Shown here piece after piece: positions 57,406 through 64,000 of a stretch of DNA of 64,000 bases (position 1 is its first letter; each line of letters begins with the position of its first letter). The notes under the pieces were generated by a model. That model had not been told where the DNA came from. It was given only the letters and a program-made list of their open reading frames with translations, and made no database searches. The position numbers and the translations under genes are program-made. The stretch comes from the human T2T-CHM13v2.0 reference genome, Homo sapiens, in NCBI RefSeq assembly GCF_009914755.1, contig NC_060947.1; one strand, given 5' to 3'.

Positions 57406-58457
57406 TGATAGTTATTTCATAGTGAAGAATATAAAAATAATCAGCATCACTACATCCATAATCAGAGAAGGGAGGGGTGGGATAATGAACAGAGTCATAA
57501 GTATAATGTATTTAGAAATCTGGGATGAAATCCCATAAACTGAATTGAGTTGAGTGCCCTCCTCCCCCATGATGAGTGTGTATGAAAATGCACTAGAGAG
57601 ACAGAAATGAAAAATCAGGGCCATCCTCACCATGCTCTGAACTCCTATGAGATTCACTTGTCATCTTTCTTTTAAAGATCTTATCGTGTATTATCTGATA
57701 TTACAGTTACCCATTATGAGGAATTATCATAAGCATAACCTTTATCATCATTATCACCTTTACTATCATCGTCATAGACAGATGTAAATCTAGCAGAATG
57801 CAAATATAAGAAAATGGGACCTGACTCACGTAAGAAGACTTTGAAAGTTTTTCTTCTATCAAAATCTGACAAGTTGGCTTAAAAGGGAAGATGTGTTCAT
57901 AACAGTTTCTTTCATTTTTTCCATTTCCATGGCTAATTACATTGTAATACTCCATTAAGGTAAGGATATAGCATTGTTTGTGGTGAAATAGACTCTCCAT
58001 GAGCAATAATTTAGATTGAAAAAGGTAAAATATATATATTTCCACAGTTTACTTTATGCAAATGGAGTGAGTTGTAATTTTTGGTGAGTGGGTGAGAGGT
58101 CAGTTAGATGACTGTATGGAATTTAAAAATATCCAATTACATATATGGCAGCATCAGAAGTCTCTTTAGCAACTCTCACAATATTGTATAGAGATAAAAG
58201 CAGTCAGACAGGGCAATAATCAGAGCCATATTACTCATTTATAAAATCTCAATGAAAATTTTCTCTGAATTAAGCGTTAACAAAGAAGGATGAGGCTCAA
58301 TTGTGATGGTACGACAGACACCAAATGCCAATGGTACAATACGTTTAGTACAATTGCCATACTTCTATGTGATGTTTTGTTTTTATCATGATGTTGGAGC
58401 AATAGCCACAGGGACAGAAGTAAGCGGGTTAGAGGGTAAAAGTTGAATGAATATGTA

Positions 58458-60646
58458 CAGGTATACCTTGGAGATACTGCAGGTTCAGTTCCAGATCACC
58501 AAAATAAAGTGAGTCACATGAATTATTCGGTTTCCCAGTGTATATAAAAGTTATATTTACATTATTTTGTAGCCTAAGTGTGCAAAGCATTATGTTAAAA
58601 AATGTACATACCTTAACAAAAACATAATTTATTGCTAAAAAAGCTAGCAATCATCTGAGCCTTTAGTGAGTTGTAATCTTTTTGCTAGTGGAGGCTCTTG
58701 CCTCAATGTGGATGGCTGCTGATTGATCAGGGTGGGGTTGCTGAAGGTGGGAGTGACTGTGACAACTTTGTAAAATAAGACAACAATGAATTTTGCTGCA
58801 TCAATTGACTCTTTCTTTCACAAAACATTTCTTTGTAGCATGTGCTGCTGTTTGATAGCACTTTACTCACAGTAGAACTTCTTTCAAAATTGGAGTCAGT
58901 CTTCTCAAATTCTGCCACTACTTTATCAGCTAAGTATGTGTAATATTCTAAATCCTTTGTTGTCATCTCAACAATGTTCTCAGCATCTTCACCAGAAGTA
59001 AATTTTATCTCAAGAAAGCACTTTCTTTGCTCATCCATCAGATGCAATTCCTCATCCATTCACGCTTTATTATGAGATTTTAGGAATTCAGCAACATCTT
59101 CAGGCTCCACTTCTCATTTTAATTCTCTTGCTATTGTCACCATATCTCCAGTGACTTCTTCCAGTGACAACTTGAGCTCCTTAAAGTCATCCATGAGGGT
59201 TGAAATCAGCTTCTTCTAAACTCCTGTTAAATGTGATATTTTGACCTCCTCCGATGAATCATGAATGTTATTAATGGCATCTAGAATGGTGAATTCCTTA
59301 CAGAAGGCTTTCAATTTCCTTTGCTCATATCCATCAGAAGATTTATTATTTACAGCAGCTATAACCTTACTAAATGTATTTCTTAAATAATGAGACATAA
59401 ATGTTGAACTTACTCTTTGACCCATGGGCTACAGAATGGATGTTATATTAGCAGGTATGAAAACAACATGAGTCTCCTTGTACATCTCCAAATGAGCTCT
59501 TGGATGACCAGCTACATTATTAATGAGCAGTAATATTTTTGAAAAAAAAATATATTTTTCTGAGCACAAGGTCTCAACCCCGGGCTTAAAATATTCAGTA
59601 AATCATGCTGTAAACAGATGTGCTCTCATCCAGGCTTTATTGTTACTTTTATAGAGCAAAGGCTAAGTCTATTTAGCATAATTCTTAAGGGCCCTAGGAT
59701 TTTCAGAATGGTAAATGAGCATTGCTTCAACTTAAAGTCACCAGCTGCATTAGACTCTAGCAAAAGAATCACCCTGTCCTTTGAAGCTTTGAAGCCAGGC
59801 ATTGACTTCTCCTTTCTAGCTATGAAAATCCTAGATGGCATCTTCTTCAAATAGAAGGCTATTTCATCTACATAAAAAATCTGTCATTTAGTATAACCAC
59901 TTTTATCAATGATCTTAGCTAGAACTTCTGGATAACTTGCTGCAGCTTCTCCAACTGCACTTGCTGCCTCACCTTGCACTTTTATGTTTGGAGGTGGCTT
60001 CTTTCCTTAAACTTCATAAACCAACTTCTGCTAGCTTCCAACTTTTCTTCTGCAGCTTCCTTACCTCTCAGCCTTCGTAGAATTGAAGAGAGTTGGGATC
60101 TTCCTCTGGATTAGCTCTTGGTTAAGGGAATATTGTGGCTGGTTTGATCTGTCTAGACCATTTAAATTTTATCCATATCAGCAGTAAGACTGCTTTGCTT
60201 TCTTTTCATTCATGTGTGCATGGGGGTAACACTTTTAATTTCCTTCAATAATTTTTCCTTTGCATTCACACCTTGACTAACTGTCTGGTGCAAGACGCCT
60301 AGATTTCAGCCTAACTCAGCTTTTGACATGCCCTCCTCACTAAACATAATCATCTCTAGCTTTTCATTTAAGATGAGACATGTGAGACTCTTCCTTTCAC
60401 TTGAACACTTAGAGACCACTGTGGGGTTGTTAACTGGCTTCATTTCAATATTGGTTTGTCTCAGAATAGAAAGGTCCAAGGAGAGGGAGACAGATGTGGG
60501 GGGGTGGGGGTGGCCGGTTGGTAGAGCACTCAGAACACACACAACATTGATTAAGTTTGTTATTTCATATGGGCATGACTCATGTTGCCCCCAAAAATGA
60601 CAATAGTAACTTCAAAGATCATTGATCATAGATCATAGATCTCCAT
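58458..60646 (-). mobile_element. Tigger1 DNA transposon, near full length (left end missing), decayed transposase
   Basis: TIR caggtataccttggagata after TA; transposase peptides [34 protein letters not shown] and SNFERSSTV in broken frames. Confidence 0.96.
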
Positions 60647-60669
60647 ATATTCTTTCAGTGTGGCTTTTG

Positions 60670-60765
60670 TACTCTAACCAGTGTCAGCTTGTTGAGGGCA
60701 GAAATCATTTCTGATTAATCTTTCTATGCTTTCAGTGTTACTAAGTGAATGATATTTGAACTGCA
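60670..60765 (+). mobile_element. L2 3' end remnant
   Basis: gtgtcagcttgttgagggcagaaatcatttctgattaatctttctat. Confidence 0.55.
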
Positions 60766-62231
60766 AAAATGTGATGAAATGTGAAGATATGACAGTGAGT
60801 CAAGAAAGAAGATACCTCTGGGCTTTATTCATGAAACAGCAGAGATATAAATAGCTTTAACATATAAATTGGTTGAAAGTAAGTTAAAGCAAAATCCCTA
60901 TGCTAAAGAGTTATAATACTGTCTATTGTGATGTAAATATGATAGTTGAATTCATAAGAAATTTTTCAATGGCAAAATGAGGCTTGGTGATGAGATTATC
61001 ATCTCTAAGAAAATTCAGTCTTAAGTATTACTTTATGTCGTTTTTATTCTCCCTGAAAGTGGCCTCAAACATTCTATCTTCATCAACATTATCCTTACCA
61101 CAGTGCTACTTACACATTTTCCCAATTTATCACCAGCTGTCATGCAAAACCCAGAACAAAGCCACTTAGCCAAAGCACATGTTTGACTATGAATTAGACT
61201 TCTTCTTTTTAAAACAAAGGTATTATTTAAACCTATTGATGCTGGCTTCCATCTTAAGCCCATAACTGGCAACCAACAGGTTAGAAAATAAAATTTCCTA
61301 ATTAATTGATTAGGAAATTAACCAATTTTTGTTACATCTAATACTGGTTGGATGTATTGTTACATCCAATACTGTTTGTGAAAACTTGTGCTGTTGGACT
61401 TGTTGTGCTTGTTGTACTCAGTCTTGCTTAATTTGTGAAAGCATCACACATTTAAAGTAGCCCATTAGCTGCTTTCTAGCTGAGGATGAGTAGGTAAAGA
61501 CAATTATTTCTACATTTGTAGTTGGAAGTAGTCGTAGATATTATCTAATTCAGTGGCTTTCTTCAAGATCTCAGTTTTCTACAGCTGTGTCTATGGGGTT
61601 ATAGGGTGAAAGTTGGAATAAATGGCAGTTGAATCAAATCGTCCTCTTGTTTTCATTCAAGATGTCTACACCTTCAATTCTTCTTTTCTTTGCTGGGCTT
61701 TCATATGAGATTTTTAAAAAAATGTGTCCTGTGTATTTTTAAAATGAAACTTGATCTATTACAGTATATTCTACAGTTGGCAAATATATGAAATATTTTC
61801 TATCCTTCCCACTGCATTCATGCCGAGCACATACGGCATCAAATAATGGTATTTTATCCCACGAGTTCCAAGTAGATACAGTCTCAGTCTGTTATAGTAC
61901 TCCTGGAAACTACTATCAAGCAATTGCACATGGTGTGATCAACATTTGTTATCTTTTCTATCACTTTCTATCTTCTTTATTCTTTAATGATTTGTAATCG
62001 AATGCTTCCATTTTTTCAGAAGAGAATAAAAGGCCCAGAATGGTAATGACTGTTACCAAGTCACGATGTAGCAAAATTGGTGTGTCACTTCTGACAGTTT
62101 CTCTAACTCCCAAACCAATGCATATTTTGATAATTGCCCTCATTATTTCCTCAAATATACTTCCCTGTCAGAAAAAAATGATTATATATAAAATTAAATG
62201 AGGAAAACTATTAATAATAAAATATCATGTT

Positions 62232-62490
62232 GTCTTGGGTTGCCTTTTACCAGAAGTAGACCCTGAGCAAATTATTTGAGTGCCAGCAACTTATTTCGGA
62301 GGTGATCCCAGGAAGCACAGCAAAGAAGTGAGTGAGACGGAGAAAAGAACACCAGTACAGTGTGAGTTTCATGAGCATGTCATCAGTGATAAAATGAGGT
62401 TCAGTACCACTTGAGACCACTAGGAGAATGATTTGTCTCACCTGAGAAGCAAGAAAGGTAGGGTAGTTCCCACAAACTCCCATGTGTAAT
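62232..62490 (-). mobile_element. LTR16-like ERVL LTR fragment
   Basis: ccagaagtagaccctgag...tttgagtgc...tatttcggaggtgatcccaggaagcac. Confidence 0.8.
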
Positions 62491-64000
62491 GTGTTAAGAA
62501 CAATAATCATTATAATTAAATAATGGATTATTAACTATCACAACATTGTAGTTCTATTAGTCTGAGCCTTAATGCATACAGATTTTTGCAAACTTCATGG
62601 AAGTTTCCATTTTATTTGAAATTAGTTTTTGATTAAAAATAATGGAACGCTCCTTCAATCAATTAAAAATATCAGCAGATCCATCTGCTTGGAAAATGAT
62701 TCTTCCTGATGCTGGCTTCCATCCTACTGGTTGACATCATTACGTTGGGTTAAGCAGTGACATGGGTAATTGTTCTTAAAATGTGATCAATTCTCTTATT
62801 CTCCCACACACTTTTGACCTGCATTTATTCTCTATCTTTGTTATATTAAAGATTGTCAATGTTTTCCCTTAATTTGACAGCACAAATGAATATCAACATG
62901 GCACTATTGCCTCAAAATGGAAAAGGCAAAAAAGCAATCATGAATCACATGTTTCTTTAATATACAGTTACAGATTTTGAGTTCATTTCCACTTCTGATT
63001 GTGGTTATATCTTCCACCTTCCCTTTCCTTTCATGCCGTTTTATATTAAAGGTCAATATGTTCATTTATTAATTATGCAACAAGTGTCATGTTTACAATG
63101 TTTGTAAATGTAGTCACAGTATTTGATTTTCTTAATATAATAAAATTTATCCTCTGCTTTGGCTAATATAAGCCCACAAATGATCATTTCATTTTCTAAT
63201 AAATTAAAAGTATAATGTATACAATTGGATTCTGTCAGGCTTGATGTGTCTTTTAAACACAGCACATTAAATTCCACTATGTATAAAAAGGACTGTATAT
63301 AATGTCAATAGAGAATAAACAGAATTGCTACAAAAAGCATCGACATAAATGATTAAATATACATAGCTCTTGGCATGTGGCTTCCTGTTACACAGAATTG
63401 TGCTTTTTAATAATGGATAATTTCAAAACCAATTTGCTGGATACTTAATGCATCTTTGAGATTTTCCTTCCACAGAGAAGATTTAGGAGATTATAAAGTA
63501 ATTAATTTGTTCACTTCTTTATTAATTTTCTAATATCACAAAGCTATGCATTAGAAGGAAGTAGGTATTAACATCTCATATCATTTGATACATCCACTGA
63601 ATTCCTACGCTCTTTGCAGCCTCAAGGCACCTGTGTGCTGGCAGACTTTGCAGAGTACTACTGAAGTTGAGGCTGTAAACCAATCACGCATTTGCTCTGC
63701 TTTCATATTGCTGGCATTATACATCTGCTATTCGCCAACCCCAAATCCTTCAGTATGTAGTTCTCATTTTCTGATGAAAATTCAGTGGAAAAAATGGAAG
63801 TAGATATTTGCTTTTAATTTCAGGTATACTTTACAATAACCATGCTGCACAGTACAATTGGGTGATTGGTGAACTCCATCATTTTCTATTAGTGATGAAA
63901 CAAGACAAATGAAGAACCACATTTTTGCTTTGTGTTACTTTACCAATATGCCTGAATCCATGTACCTTATAAACGAAACTGTCAATTTACTCTTCTATTA

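Noticed and set aside
58727-60542. Transposase-like ORFs as a domesticated TIGD-type gene
   Set aside because: Multiple stops and frameshifts split the Tigger1 ORF into short pieces.

Overview
AT-rich primate (human-like) non-coding DNA, intergenic or deep intronic. I could not identify the locus or a host gene. No cellular protein-coding gene, rRNA, tRNA, snRNA or CRISPR array is supported. Every ORF with recognisable similarity comes from a transposon (L1 ORF2, Tigger1/MER82 transposase, CR1/L3 tail, Alu frames). The window holds 13 Alus, L1 copies from L1PA3-like to L1ME-like age, MaLR/ERVL solo LTRs (THE1, MST, MLT1, MER68/77-like, LTR16), DNA transposons (Tigger1, MER8, MER82, MER20, MER63) and L2/MIR/L3 remnants. 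Subfamily names are from recalled consensus features, not a database search, and boundaries of old elements are approximate. I found no evidence of a new biological system. The most noteworthy items are insertion and rearrangement footprints: a 16-nt 3' transduction tag on a young L1, a 5'-inverted L1 with a large gap, a tail-less L1 RT fragment, TSD-less Alus suggesting Alu-Alu recombination, a tightly spaced inverted Alu pair, a captured unique segment inside an L1MC and several young tandem duplications. A few repeat-free, motif-dense stretches are candidate enhancers.
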